The translations under genes were made by a program, and so were the position numbers. From NCBI GenBank assembly GCA_017477255.1, contig JAFUXB010000004.1, positions 81,132 to 145,131 on the forward strand: 64,000 bases of DNA. The letters run 5' to 3'. Below, in pieces: positions 31,029 through 41,120 of the stretch. Each line of letters begins with the position of its first letter. Within the stretch, counting starts at the first letter, position 1. Under the pieces are notes generated by a model. It saw only the letters and a list, made by a program, of their open reading frames with translations. It ran no database searches and was not told where the DNA came from. This stretch comes from Bacilli bacterium. Lineage in GTDB: Bacteria; Bacillota_I; Bacilli_A; RFN20; CAG-826.

Positions 31029-32882
31029 TTATGCTCCATAATTCACTTCTACATAAGAACTTTGCCATTCGTAATTAAATAAAGAAGCAGGGGCTTCCTC
31101 TTTATTTTTCCACATATGGAAATTTAAAATTGCAAATGTATTAGCTCCAGAGCCAAGACTAAAAGCGCCAGTTCCAATGTTATAAAGGTTACTACAATAA
31201 AAACTAAATGTTAAATTAGTAGTTCCTGATTTATAGAATGCGTAAGATCCAATAAATTCAAGATTTCCTGGCATTGAAATATAGCTACCAGAAGTAAAAT
31301 ATTTATTTTTTAAATTTTGCATTTTTCCAAATCCACAAGAGCCAATATAAGTAATGTTATAAGGCATATCTACATATGTATAATTTGTACAATAAAATGC
31401 TTTTCCACCTATATATTCAACTGGATTGTCATAACTTAAACTAGTGATTTTATATTCATTAGTGCCATTAAAAACTTTATATAAAACATGATTACTAGTT
31501 CCATATAAAGCATTATTTTGAACAACAAAGTTTTCATTTTCTGAATCTAATGAGAATGAGTGATATGCTTCAAGGGTATATCTAAAAAACATAATATCAA
31601 TAAATCTTGTATCTTTTAAAATATTTGTAGAAGTGGCAGTTTTTGATGATCTAAATGCATAAAATTCATTAATTACACCATTTCCATCATCAGTAGAAGA
31701 AATATAACGGATATCATCAATTACATTATTATCATATTCTTCATTATCTGCAATAAATGCTAATGGATCAACATCAGTTAAAGATTTTGGTAAAGCAAAA
31801 TTAGTAACTTTACAATAAGAAAATGCCCTAAACCCAATTGTTTTTAAAGTATTTCCTTCAAAATTAACTTTTTTAATCCTTATATTATTTCTTAAAATTT
31901 CATCGTAAATTATAATTGTTCCTTCTTTAAATGTGATTTCATCACCTTTAAAAAATCTATCGATTTTATAAGCAATTTGATAAGGATATGTGTCATTTCC
32001 AATATAACATATTCCATCAACTGGATTTCCTTCTAAAGAAATACAGTTTTGGAAAATATTTTTTCCAATCTTATTAATATTTAGTTCTTTAAATCCAAGT
32101 TTTACGTTTTCTAAAGATATACAATCATTAAACGCATAATTTTCAATATCAGTAACAGTAGAAGGAATAACTACACTTTCTAAATTAGAACATCCAGTAA
32201 AAGCGTATTCTCCAATAGTTTCAATTGGATTTTCTAAATTATTTTCTAAAACTACTGATTCTAATGTAGTCATATTTTTAAAGAAATTTTCTCCAATATT
32301 TCCACCATTATAGAAAACTGTTCTTAGTTTAGTTGGGAATTGACTATAATCTTCAAATTCAGTAGAGAATAAATAATTTAATGAATATGTTACGTTATTA
32401 TCACCAATTTGATTATATTTTAATATTTCTAAATTTGATGAATTAAATGCACCCATTTCAATTACATAATCAAATTCATTAGTTCTTGCTTCAAGTTCAT
32501 AAGATCCATCAAGTTTAGCAGGATAAGCAACTAAGGTAAGATAAGGAGATTTAGTAAATAAAGCATCATTTTTAATAAATAAATTTTCATTTCCTTCAGC
32601 TATATTAAATCTTTCTATATTAGAGCAGCCATAAATTGCTCCTCTTTCTATTTCATTAATATATTTACCAAAAGTAATAGAAGTAATTAAATTATTTCCA
32701 GCAAAAGCACCTTCTTTTACTAAAGTAACAGGCACTCCTTGGAACGAATCAGGAATAATTACATTTAAATCTTCACCTCTATATTCAGTAACAGCAAATT
32801 CATCTTGGCTAGTTTCTTCATTATAAAAATGTTGAAATACTAGTCCATAAGAAAAATAAGAAGGAGTATTATTTCTCTTCAT
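31029..32882 (-). CDS. BspA-like LRR_5 protein (possibly the C-terminal part of a split lipoprotein)
   Basis: IIPDSFQGVPV and IGEYAFTGCSNLESVVIP; no signal peptide; ATGA overlap with the upstream ORF. Confidence 0.8.
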   Translation of the reverse strand: MKRNNTPSYFSYGLVFQHFYNEETSQDEFAVTEYRGEDLNVIIPDSFQGVPVTLVKEGAFAGNNLITSITFGKYINEIERGAIYGCSNIERFNIAEGNENLFIKNDALFTKSPYLTLVAYPAKLDGSYELEARTNEFDYVIEMGAFNSSNLEILKYNQIGDNNVTYSLNYLFSTEFEDYSQFPTKLRTVFYNGGNIGENFFKNMTTLESVVLENNLENPIETIGEYAFTGCSNLESVVIPSTVTDIENYAFNDCISLENVKLGFKELNINKIGKNIFQNCISLEGNPVDGICYIGNDTYPYQIAYKIDRFFKGDEITFKEGTIIIYDEILRNNIRIKKVNFEGNTLKTIGFRAFSYCKVTNFALPKSLTDVDPLAFIADNEEYDNNVIDDIRYISSTDDGNGVINEFYAFRSSKTATSTNILKDTRFIDIMFFRYTLEAYHSFSLDSENENFVVQNNALYGTSNHVLYKVFNGTNEYKITSLSYDNPVEYIGGKAFYCTNYTYVDMPYNITYIGSCGFGKMQNLKNKYFTSGSYISMPGNLEFIGSYAFYKSGTTNLTFSFYCSNLYNIGTGAFSLGSGANTFAILNFHMWKNKEEAPASLFNYEWQSSYVEVNYGA

Positions 32883-33400
32883 ATTTTATATTTAATATCT
32901 TTAGTTACTGGACTAATTACATTATTTAAATCTTCAATGTTTTTAATAGAAGTAGCAAAATCTAAAGAAGGAAGTTTTCCATATTCTACTTCTTGAGAAT
33001 TAACTAATGTTCCATCTTCTAAATAAAATTCAACTTTATAAGATTTTCTAATAGGAGTGAAATTAGCTTTTGCTATTGTTTCATTAGTTTCTTTATTATA
33101 TGAATAACTCCAATTTTTAAATTTAAAGTCATATTTAGAAGTACTTTCTCTAGTAGGTTCTTCCTCATTAAATCTAACATCTTTAGTTAAATCTTTAGTT
33201 TCTTTTAAAGTTTCACCATTATAGTTAATAAATCTAACTTTATTAGATTTTGCTAAAGGTAAAACTTTATTATTTAGCATCGAAGCTGGTTGTTCATTTT
33301 TATTTTCACTATTTTTTTCATTAATATTAGCTGAACAACCAACAAGTAAAAGTAGTGGTATTATCGTAAAAGCGATTTTCTTAATTATTTTGCTTTTCAT
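32879..33400 (-). CDS. Lipoprotein with B-repeat-like domains (possibly the N-terminal part of a split LRR lipoprotein)
   Basis: Start MKSK at 33400 after the RBS AGGAG; lipobox LVGC; VRFINYNG..YDFKFKNW and VEFYLEDG..VEYG. Confidence 0.7.
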   Translation of the reverse strand: MKSKIIKKIAFTIIPLLLLVGCSANINEKNSENKNEQPASMLNNKVLPLAKSNKVRFINYNGETLKETKDLTKDVRFNEEEPTRESTSKYDFKFKNWSYSYNKETNETIAKANFTPIRKSYKVEFYLEDGTLVNSQEVEYGKLPSLDFATSIKNIEDLNNVISPVTKDIKYKI

Positions 33401-33508
33401 ATTAATTTCGCTCCTTATATATTTAATTTTATTAAAATATATAATTTTTGACATCATTTTTTTGAACAAAAATATTTCTTATTGTATATTAAAGACGAGG
33501 TATTAATA

Positions 33509-33949
33509 ATGAGTTACAAATTTTATGGTCATGAAAATAGCAAAATTTTAAAAAATAATAGTGAATATAAAGGTATTTCAACTACACTCGAGCTTTATGA
33601 TTTATTAAATGATATTTGGTGTGAATATAGCTGTGCACCAAGACTTAGAAAAGATTGGAGTTTAGAAAATAAAACAGTAGGACAATGTTCAACTACAGCA
33701 TTTTTAGTTCAAGATATATTTGGTGGAAAAGTTTATGGAATTCCTTTAGAAGATGGAAGTTTTCATTGCTATAACGTAGTAGATGGCTACGTATTTGATT
33801 TAACTAGCGAACAATTTGGCAATAAAAAATTAGAATATAAGCTAGAAAATGAACAATTTAGAGAAGATCATTTTAAAAATGAAGAAAAATATTTAAGATA
33901 CAAATATCTTTGCGATGAACTTAAAAAGAAATTAGCAAAAAATATATAG
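33509..33949 (+). CDS. YunG-like protein
   Basis: W..ENKTVGQCSTTA..VQDIFGG, HCYN and DLTSEQF. Confidence 0.7.
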   Translation: MSYKFYGHENSKILKNNSEYKGISTTLELYDLLNDIWCEYSCAPRLRKDWSLENKTVGQCSTTAFLVQDIFGGKVYGIPLEDGSFHCYNVVDGYVFDLTSEQFGNKKLEYKLENEQFREDHFKNEEKYLRYKYLCDELKKKLAKNI

Positions 33950-34168
33950 TTTTTTGATTGCAAAATAAGTTTTATTAGACATAAATCTTATACTCATATT
34001 GATAAACGCTAGCATTATGTGTTTAAGAAAAATTACTAAAAATGTGAAGAACATAACCTTCTTGAATGAATGGATAAGAATTCACGTGCACCTGTTGAAG
34101 TAATTAATTCAACTTCGCCAAGTGTAAGAACTAATAAGACATTGGTGGATGTAAAAAAGGAGAAATAA

Positions 34169-34193
34169 TGAAGTGAACTCCAAATCGGACACT
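34169..34193. mobile_element. Possible IS3-family terminal inverted-repeat remnant
   Basis: TGAAGTGAACTCCAAATCGGACAC resembles IS3/IS150 ends (TG...CCAAA..GGACA). No transposase or partner end was seen. Confidence 0.4.
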
Positions 34194-34247
34194 TAAAATA
34201 ATAAAGACCAAAAGACGGAAATCGATTAAGACTCCTGTTTTTTAGTT

Positions 34248-34455
34248 ATATTGAAACAACTGTGTTGATACAAGGATTTTCCTTAAATCAACACTTTTTT
34301 GTTGTTTTGTTGTATCAAGCCTATTGTATAGCAAGGATTTATGACAACTATAGTGATACAATTTTTCCTCTTGTATTCTTATAGTTGTGTATTTTAAAAA
34401 GTATTTACAGGAAAGGTCTAAAAATACACGAAAGGTCAGGCTATCGAGTAAAACT
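34248..34455 (+). other. att-like site A: core ATATTGAAACAA plus right arm
   Basis: Core at 34248-34259, followed by a hairpin and ACA(C/G)GAAAGG repeats (34407, 34426), homologous to 42690-42895. Confidence 0.65.
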
Positions 34456-34632
34456 AGGCTTTTAAATCCAAAAAATCTCCAAAGGATTCTGAAATTTGTT
34501 AACATAATGCATTAATGTTGAGAAAAAGACAAAATAAATATGCGATAAAATGGTCTTTATATAGCAATTTATCAAAAAGATGATATACTATGATAAGAAA
34601 TGACTAATTATGCAAAGAATGAGGTAAAATGT

Positions 34633-34824
34633 ATGGAATTCAAGGAAAAGTTAGTTTATGTTAGAGCAAAATTAAATCTTACTCAAGAGGAATTAGCGAA
34701 AAAACTTAATGTATCTTTCCCTACAATTTCAAGATGGGAAAACGGAAAGACAAGGCCTACAAAAAAAGGACTTATGACTTTTGATGTTTTTTGCAAAGAA
34801 AACAATATTATTTGGGAGGATTAA
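34633..34824 (+). CDS. XRE-family HTH regulator (controller-like), first gene of the defence operon
   Basis: LTQEELAKKLNVSFPTISRWENGKTRP; RBS GAGGT before ATG 34633. Confidence 0.88.
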   Translation: MEFKEKLVYVRAKLNLTQEELAKKLNVSFPTISRWENGKTRPTKKGLMTFDVFCKENNIIWED

Positions 34825-34826
34825 TT

Positions 34827-37103
34827 ATGGCTACTAATTGGGATGATTTGGTCTCTGGTGAAGAACTTCTTAAAGCTACAAAAAAGAGAAAAAATAAATT
34901 TATTGAGCAAAAAGTGTCTGCAGATAAAATTGATGAATTTATCAATAAAGGTTGGGAAGTATTTAAAGAATATAAAAATGGTTCAGCTCTTGTGAAAAAA
35001 GAAAAATCTGTAGGAGATCTATTTGAAAATGAAGTTTGGCTAATATTCCAAAAAATGGGATTTAAGGTGATGAACGCCACAAATAAATTTAAATTAGATT
35101 ATTCTGATGTTTCGTCTAAGCAAATTGATATAATTGCTATTGATGATGAAATTTGCTTACTAATTGAGTGTAAGGCAACTGAAAAAGAAGATAATACTAA
35201 AACTTGGAAGACTGAACTTGAATCAATTAACGGAAACTTCAAAGGGTTATCCAATGAAGTTAGAAAGAAATATCCTAAAGTAAGAGTTAAGTATATTTTC
35301 GCTACAAAAAATTTCGTTATTGGTGATGCTGATATTAAGAGAATGGAAGATTTTAGAATCGCTAATTTCGATTATGAAAAAGTAAGATATTACAATGATT
35401 TGTCAGATCATTTAGGTTCTGCAGCTAGATATCAATTATTGGGCAATTTATTTGCAAAAACTGAAATTAAAGGTATGAATTCAAGTGTTCCTGCAATTGA
35501 AGGAAAAATGGGAAACAAGACTTATTATACTTTTTTAATTGAGCCAGAAAGACTGTTAAAGCTAGCATATATTTTACATAGAAATAAAGCAAATCATAAA
35601 TTAATGCCTACATATCAAAGACTAATTAAAAAAGATAGATTAAAAGCTATTAGAAAATTTGTTAATGAAGGAGGGTATTTTCCTAACTCTTTAATTGTAT
35701 CCATAGATACAAATGGAAGAGGAGTTGTTTTTGAACCATCCTCAACCAGAACTGATAATAACCTTTCAAGAATGGGTACGTTAAAGCTTCCAAAGACTTA
35801 TCAATCTTTATATGTAATTGATGGACAACATAGATTATACGGTTATTCTGATTCAAAATTTGCTTCATGTAATTCAGTTCCTGTTGTGGCTTTTGTTGAT
35901 ATGCAAAAACACGAACAAGTTAAACTGTTTATGGACATAAATGAAAATCAAAAATCAGTACCTAAAGGTCTTAGAAACACATTAAATATTGATTTATTAT
36001 GGAATGCTGAATTATATGCTCAAAGGCAGGAAGCATTACGATTAGATTTAGGACAACAATTGGGTGAAGATACAAAGTCTCCTTTATACGGTAGAGTTGT
36101 TACAGGTGAAGATTTATCAAATACAAAGCGTTGTATAACTCTAGATTATATTAACGATGCTTTTAAGCAATCAAATTTCTTTAATATTTACAAAAAAGGT
36201 AAGAACGAAATACTGACTCCTGGTACATTTGATAAGACAGATAATGATGAGACAGAGGCTATATTATTTCCATTTATATCTAAGTGCTTTAAAACAATTA
36301 AGGATTATTGTTCAGAAGAACGGGATAGAGGTAGTGAGGGATTTTTAACAATTAACAATACCACATTTGCCTTGATTAAAGTTTTTAATGATATAGTCAA
36401 TATCCAATTAAAGAAAGAAAATAAGGTGATAGTTGATGATGGTGATTCTTTCTTTAAAGAATGTGAAGGCATGTTATTAAATTTAGCTGATACAATTAAT
36501 ACTTTAGACCTTGATACGATAAATGCAATTAAAACTGCGAAAGGCGGAGCAGCTAAGAAAACATCATGGAATAAATTAAGGGTAGCTTTTAATACCAAGT
36601 TCCCTGATTTTACATATCCAGAACTTGAAGAGTATGTCAAGGAAAATTGTGTTAATAATAATCCGTATGCTTCACAATATATTGGAGAAATACTCGATGA
36701 AATCAAGAGACGTTTGAAAGATAAAATTGGAAATGACTCTCAATGGATGCACAAGTATTTACCTGAAAAATTAAGAAATGATTTAATATCTAAAGTTGCA
36801 ATTGAAAAAGTAAATAGACAAATTCAAGGTAATGATGAGGAAGTCGATGAATGGGACTATATTTCTTTTAATGAAATCAAACAAATTGCAAACTATGGTA
36901 CAAACTGGTCAGCTTTTTGCAGTGATGTTTTAGTTTTACCATCCAATAAGATGAATAAAATTAATACCTTGCAATGGCTTACTGATTTAGAATCAGCTAA
37001 AAATAGAATCAGTTTAAATCAATCTATTGTTACAAGTGAGTTTGAATCAATTAAGAAAATATATAGTGAATTTATTAAAGATGAAAATGGTGAGGCTATC
37101 TAA
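34827..37103 (+). CDS. DGQHR (DndB/ParB-like) domain protein with N-terminal PD-(D/E)xK nuclease-like and C-terminal Swt1/HEPN-like domains
   Basis: FENEV...QIDII...IECK; YQRLIKKDRL, FPNSLIV, VIDGQHRLYG and FMDINENQKSV. Start at ATG 34827 after GGAGG. Confidence 0.85.
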   Translation: MATNWDDLVSGEELLKATKKRKNKFIEQKVSADKIDEFINKGWEVFKEYKNGSALVKKEKSVGDLFENEVWLIFQKMGFKVMNATNKFKLDYSDVSSKQIDIIAIDDEICLLIECKATEKEDNTKTWKTELESINGNFKGLSNEVRKKYPKVRVKYIFATKNFVIGDADIKRMEDFRIANFDYEKVRYYNDLSDHLGSAARYQLLGNLFAKTEIKGMNSSVPAIEGKMGNKTYYTFLIEPERLLKLAYILHRNKANHKLMPTYQRLIKKDRLKAIRKFVNEGGYFPNSLIVSIDTNGRGVVFEPSSTRTDNNLSRMGTLKLPKTYQSLYVIDGQHRLYGYSDSKFASCNSVPVVAFVDMQKHEQVKLFMDINENQKSVPKGLRNTLNIDLLWNAELYAQRQEALRLDLGQQLGEDTKSPLYGRVVTGEDLSNTKRCITLDYINDAFKQSNFFNIYKKGKNEILTPGTFDKTDNDETEAILFPFISKCFKTIKDYCSEERDRGSEGFLTINNTTFALIKVFNDIVNIQLKKENKVIVDDGDSFFKECEGMLLNLADTINTLDLDTINAIKTAKGGAAKKTSWNKLRVAFNTKFPDFTYPELEEYVKENCVNNNPYASQYIGEILDEIKRRLKDKIGNDSQWMHKYLPEKLRNDLISKVAIEKVNRQIQGNDEEVDEWDYISFNEIKQIANYGTNWSAFCSDVLVLPSNKMNKINTLQWLTDLESAKNRISLNQSIVTSEFESIKKIYSEFIKDENGEAI

Positions 37104-37933
37104 TGGAAACAATATTAAAATGGGCTGGAGGGAAAAGATTATTAATAAATCAAATATCAAAAATAATAAATCCTGACCAGTTAAAAAAAGACAATGGACA
37201 TTACTATGAACCATTTATTGGCGGTGGCGCTATTGCCTTTTCATTAGAATTGAATGAAACCGTCATTAATGATTCGAATAAAGAATTAATTAATATGTAT
37301 AATGTTATAAAAAACAATCCTAGCGAATTAATTGAATTACTAAAAATTCATCAATCTAAATATTCTGATGCTTATTATGAAAGAATTAGAAAAATGGACC
37401 GAAGTAAAAATTATGATAATATTTCGAATGTTGAAAAGGCTGCAAGATTTATATTCCTAAATAAAACTTGCTACAATGGCTTGTATAGAGTTAATTCTAG
37501 CGGACATTTTAATGTTCCAAAAGGAAAATATAAAAATCCAGATATTATTATGGAAAAAAAGATAAATGGACTTAGTAGATTACTCAATGAAAAATCGTTC
37601 AAAATAACTTGTTTAGATTTTGAAAAAGCAGTAGAGGATGCAACCAAAGGAGACGTAGTATATTTTGATCCACCATATGATTATGAAGAAACTGGTTTCA
37701 CATCTTATTCAGCAATAGGATTTAACAAATCTGATTTAGTAAGATTAAAAAATTTATGTGACAGATTAATTGATAGAGGCTGTAGAGTAATAATTAGCAA
37801 TAATGACACTAAGTTTGTCAATGAATTGTTTAAATGCAATGGATATAAGATAGTTCATATTGAAGCTTTTAGATTTATAAGTTGTGATGGTTCAAAGAGA
37901 TCTAAAGTGAAAGAGGTTATTATTTATGGATAA
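37103..37933 (+). CDS. dam: Dam/DpnIIA-type (D12 class) N6-adenine DNA methyltransferase
   Basis: LKWAGGK, YEPFIGGGA, NGLYRVN..G.FNVP.G and YFDPPY. Confidence 0.92.
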   Translation: METILKWAGGKRLLINQISKIINPDQLKKDNGHYYEPFIGGGAIAFSLELNETVINDSNKELINMYNVIKNNPSELIELLKIHQSKYSDAYYERIRKMDRSKNYDNISNVEKAARFIFLNKTCYNGLYRVNSSGHFNVPKGKYKNPDIIMEKKINGLSRLLNEKSFKITCLDFEKAVEDATKGDVVYFDPPYDYEETGFTSYSAIGFNKSDLVRLKNLCDRLIDRGCRVIISNNDTKFVNELFKCNGYKIVHIEAFRFISCDGSKRSKVKEVIIYG

Positions 37934-38381
37934 GAATATACCATTTCCACAAGCTGATGATTTTAATAAAGTCATATCATTGTTAAATATTGAAGATGAA
38001 AGCAATTTGAAAAATAAAAACAAGATAAGTTTATTATTTGATGGAATAGCAGATAGACAGGTTCAGTATTATTTATCTGCATGTATGTATTTAGGCTTTG
38101 TTGATGAAAAAAAAGAATTCACATTATTGGGCAAAAAACTTAGAAAACTCTCAAGAACCGAACAAGAAATAGAATTAGCGCAAATTATTGTATCACATGA
38201 TGTTTTTGGGCATGTATATTTTTTAGAAAAACGTCTTGGAACGAAATTAGATAGAAGCGATGTTATTGAACTGCTTAAAACATATGTCAGTTTTGAAAGC
38301 GAAGAAATGTATAAAAGACGATCTCATACCATTATTAAATGGATTGAGTGGATAAATGATAAATTTAATGATGAATTTTAG
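37926..38381 (+). CDS. Winged-helix protein of a type associated with restriction systems (DUF7226-like)
   Basis: FPQADD, RQVQYYLSACMYLG and RRSHTIIKWIEWI; overlaps the MTase stop. Confidence 0.65.
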   Translation: MDKNIPFPQADDFNKVISLLNIEDESNLKNKNKISLLFDGIADRQVQYYLSACMYLGFVDEKKEFTLLGKKLRKLSRTEQEIELAQIIVSHDVFGHVYFLEKRLGTKLDRSDVIELLKTYVSFESEEMYKRRSHTIIKWIEWINDKFNDEF

Positions 38382-38520
38382 GAAAATAACATTGTTTATA
38401 TTACTATCTATTCCTTTAGTAATGTTGTGTTCTTGCAGTAACAAAAATGTTATATCAAACAATCCGTATACAAAAGAACCTTCAATAACAATACTATCAA
38501 CTGATTCAGAGGAAGATGAT
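38371..38520 (+). pseudogene. 5' half of an interrupted lipoprotein gene (continues at 41221)
   Basis: Signal peptide with lipobox LCSC. Ends in the 11-bp AGGAAGATGAT, which is repeated in the same frame at 41221. Confidence 0.55.
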
Positions 38521-38558
38521 TCAAGTACGAGTAAAATTTTAGAAAGGGGATAAAGCAG

Positions 38559-40580
38559 ATGATAAAAATTGATTTTCACATTCATACAATTAAAACAGAC
38601 TTAGATTCTGCATTTGATTTTAGTCTTGATAAAATTTCAGAATATGTGCAAAAAAAGAAAATTAATGCAATAGCCATTACTAATCATAATTTATTTGATA
38701 GAGCAAATTTTGATCTTATAAAAATTCACTTGAAAGATGTAGCTGTTTATCCTGGTATAGAAGTAACTCTTGAAGGTGGTCATTTAATTGTTGTTGCTCC
38801 TTTTACTAAAATAGAAGAATTTGAAGAGCAATGTAAAAAAATACATGATGAGTTCAAAGAAAAGAATGATATTTCTCTTGATTTCTTTATGGATATATTT
38901 TCTAATCATGAGGAGTATTTATTAATCCCACATTATGATAAAAATCCAAAAATACAAAAATTTATTTTAGATAGAATTGGCTCTAGTTTTATCTGTGGAG
39001 AGGTTTGCAGTCCTAAAAAATTTATAAGATTATATAAAGAAAAAGGAACTTTGACACCTTTACTCTTTAGTGACATGAGGATGGCTGATGATATCCCATT
39101 ATTAAACAAACAAACATATATTGATACTGACTCTACTGATTTTTACTCAATGAAGGAAGCAATTCGTGATAAAGAAAAGGTTTATATTAATGACAAAAAG
39201 AAGAGGGACTTATTTCCAATTTTAGATGACGGGACATTAGCTTCTTCTGGGTTAAATATTATTTTTGGTAAGAGATCATCAGGAAAAACATACACTTTAG
39301 ATCGAATAAATGAAAATTTTGATAATGTTAAATATATTAAACAGTTTGATTTGATTGAAAAGGATAAAGAAGCTGCTAACAAAAAATTTGATGAAAGTAT
39401 GTCAAATGATAGAAGTATTTATAGCGATGAATATCTGGCTGAATTTAAGGAAATTGTAAATAATGTTTTAAGTATTAATTATAAAGAACAAGAAACAAAG
39501 CTTAGCGATTATGTTTCTTCATTAGTTGAATTTGCTGTTGATATGGATAATCATGATGCTTTTTCTAAAGTCCCAGTTTTTAGTGAACAAAAATTTGAAT
39601 ATGTGATAGATAAAAAACCTAAAAACATTATTGATTCTATTTCAAATTTACTAGATTCTGGAACATACGAAAAAATAATTAATAAGTACATTTCCAATGA
39701 GAATCTTATTAAAATGCTAAATGAATTCGTCAAAATTCATAGGGAAAAGAAGAGAGAAGAATTAATATGTAAACAAGCAAATGAATTGATTGATAAGATT
39801 CAACGTGCTTTATCAATTGAGTCATCTCAAAATGCTATTCCATCATTTGATATTAATCAATATGCTACGGATGTAATAAAGAAGAATTTGTTTGTAAAGA
39901 TAGCTGACATAATTAAAAAACCTAAACTTTTATTAGAAAATCAAATTGGAAAATTTAAAATAGTAGCTAAAAGAGAACCGTTTGGATCTGCAAAAGAACT
40001 ACAAAATTTTGTTGGAAAAAAGGGAGAATACTCATCATCATATAATTTATATGATAATCCTTTCGATTATTTAAATTCTTTTGAAGATAAACCGCATATA
40101 CAAAAAGATCAAATTTATAAGTATTTTGTTAGAATCAATTATCAGGTATTAAATGCCAATGGCTATCCTGTTTCTGGTGGTGAACGTGCTGAATTTAATT
40201 TAGAAAAGAATTTAAGTGATGCTGAGAACTATGATATGTTGTTGATTGATGAGCCCGAATCATCATTTGATAATATATTTTTAAGAACTGATATTGTTGA
40301 TAAAATTACATCAATAAGTAAAAAAATACCTGTATTTGTATCAACACATAATAATGTTCTTGGTGGAAATTTAAATTCAAACTATATTTTGTATACTGAA
40401 GCAGTTAATACAGCAGATGGAACTATGTTTTCTATATACGGAGGAAACAGAGAGAATAAAGTCTTAACTTCTGTAAATAATACTCAAATTAAGAATTATG
40501 TAGTAATGATTAATAGCTTAGAAGGAGGAGAGGAATCATATGTTGAGCGAAAAGAAACCTATAAAAATCTTAAAGATTAA
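38559..40580 (+). CDS. PHP phosphoesterase fused to an ABC/SMC-like ATPase (Ppl-like anti-phage protein)
   Basis: DFHIHT, AITNHN, PGIEV, PHY and FSD; Walker A GKRSSGKT, signature SGGE, DEPE and STHN. Confidence 0.85.
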   Translation: MIKIDFHIHTIKTDLDSAFDFSLDKISEYVQKKKINAIAITNHNLFDRANFDLIKIHLKDVAVYPGIEVTLEGGHLIVVAPFTKIEEFEEQCKKIHDEFKEKNDISLDFFMDIFSNHEEYLLIPHYDKNPKIQKFILDRIGSSFICGEVCSPKKFIRLYKEKGTLTPLLFSDMRMADDIPLLNKQTYIDTDSTDFYSMKEAIRDKEKVYINDKKKRDLFPILDDGTLASSGLNIIFGKRSSGKTYTLDRINENFDNVKYIKQFDLIEKDKEAANKKFDESMSNDRSIYSDEYLAEFKEIVNNVLSINYKEQETKLSDYVSSLVEFAVDMDNHDAFSKVPVFSEQKFEYVIDKKPKNIIDSISNLLDSGTYEKIINKYISNENLIKMLNEFVKIHREKKREELICKQANELIDKIQRALSIESSQNAIPSFDINQYATDVIKKNLFVKIADIIKKPKLLLENQIGKFKIVAKREPFGSAKELQNFVGKKGEYSSSYNLYDNPFDYLNSFEDKPHIQKDQIYKYFVRINYQVLNANGYPVSGGERAEFNLEKNLSDAENYDMLLIDEPESSFDNIFLRTDIVDKITSISKKIPVFVSTHNNVLGGNLNSNYILYTEAVNTADGTMFSIYGGNRENKVLTSVNNTQIKNYVVMINSLEGGEESYVERKETYKNLKD

Positions 40581-40851
40581 AGATGGGAAAGGCTATTATT
40601 TAGATAAAAACGGAAATTATGTTGAAGTTGATAAGGTTGATAGAGATTCTTTGTTATATCTTATAAATTTAGTGATTAATAGTGAAGTCGAAATTGAAAC
40701 ATATGATGAATCTCTAATTTTAAACAAAGTTCATCAAATTATTTATAAAGAGATTTCTCAAAAAATACAAACTTTAAATACAAGTAAGTTGACACTTTTA
40801 TCTAATATAGATACTGAATATGCTGACTTGATTAACAAGTATAAAGATTAG
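40540..40851 (+). CDS. Small hypothetical protein coupled to the PHP-ATPase
   Basis: Overlaps the 3' end of the PHP-ATPase gene; 103 aa; start uncertain. Confidence 0.6.
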   Translation: MLSEKKPIKILKIKDGKGYYLDKNGNYVEVDKVDRDSLLYLINLVINSEVEIETYDESLILNKVHQIIYKEISQKIQTLNTSKLTLLSNIDTEYADLINKYKD

Positions 40852-41120
40852 ATTTAGTAATTGGTTTAATTCAAATTATTAAACTCTGTGAATTGGTAGT
40901 GAAATAGTGGATCAAATTATAAAAAATTATAATCGTTGTGTGCAAAGACTATTATGACAATTTTAAAGTCATAGATGAAGATGTAGAATTATATGGTAAA
41001 TATACTCATTTATTTGTTTTTAGATGCGTAATGGATAAGCAAATAAAAACTGATAAAGCAAGCAGGAGTAGGTCATTTGTATCCAAACCTTAAAGTGGAG
41101 ACTTTTTCTTATTACACGTA

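Noticed and set aside
34827-37103. Complete Dnd phosphorothioation system
   Set aside because: Only a DGQHR domain is present; there are no dndA/C/D/E or ssp genes in the window.
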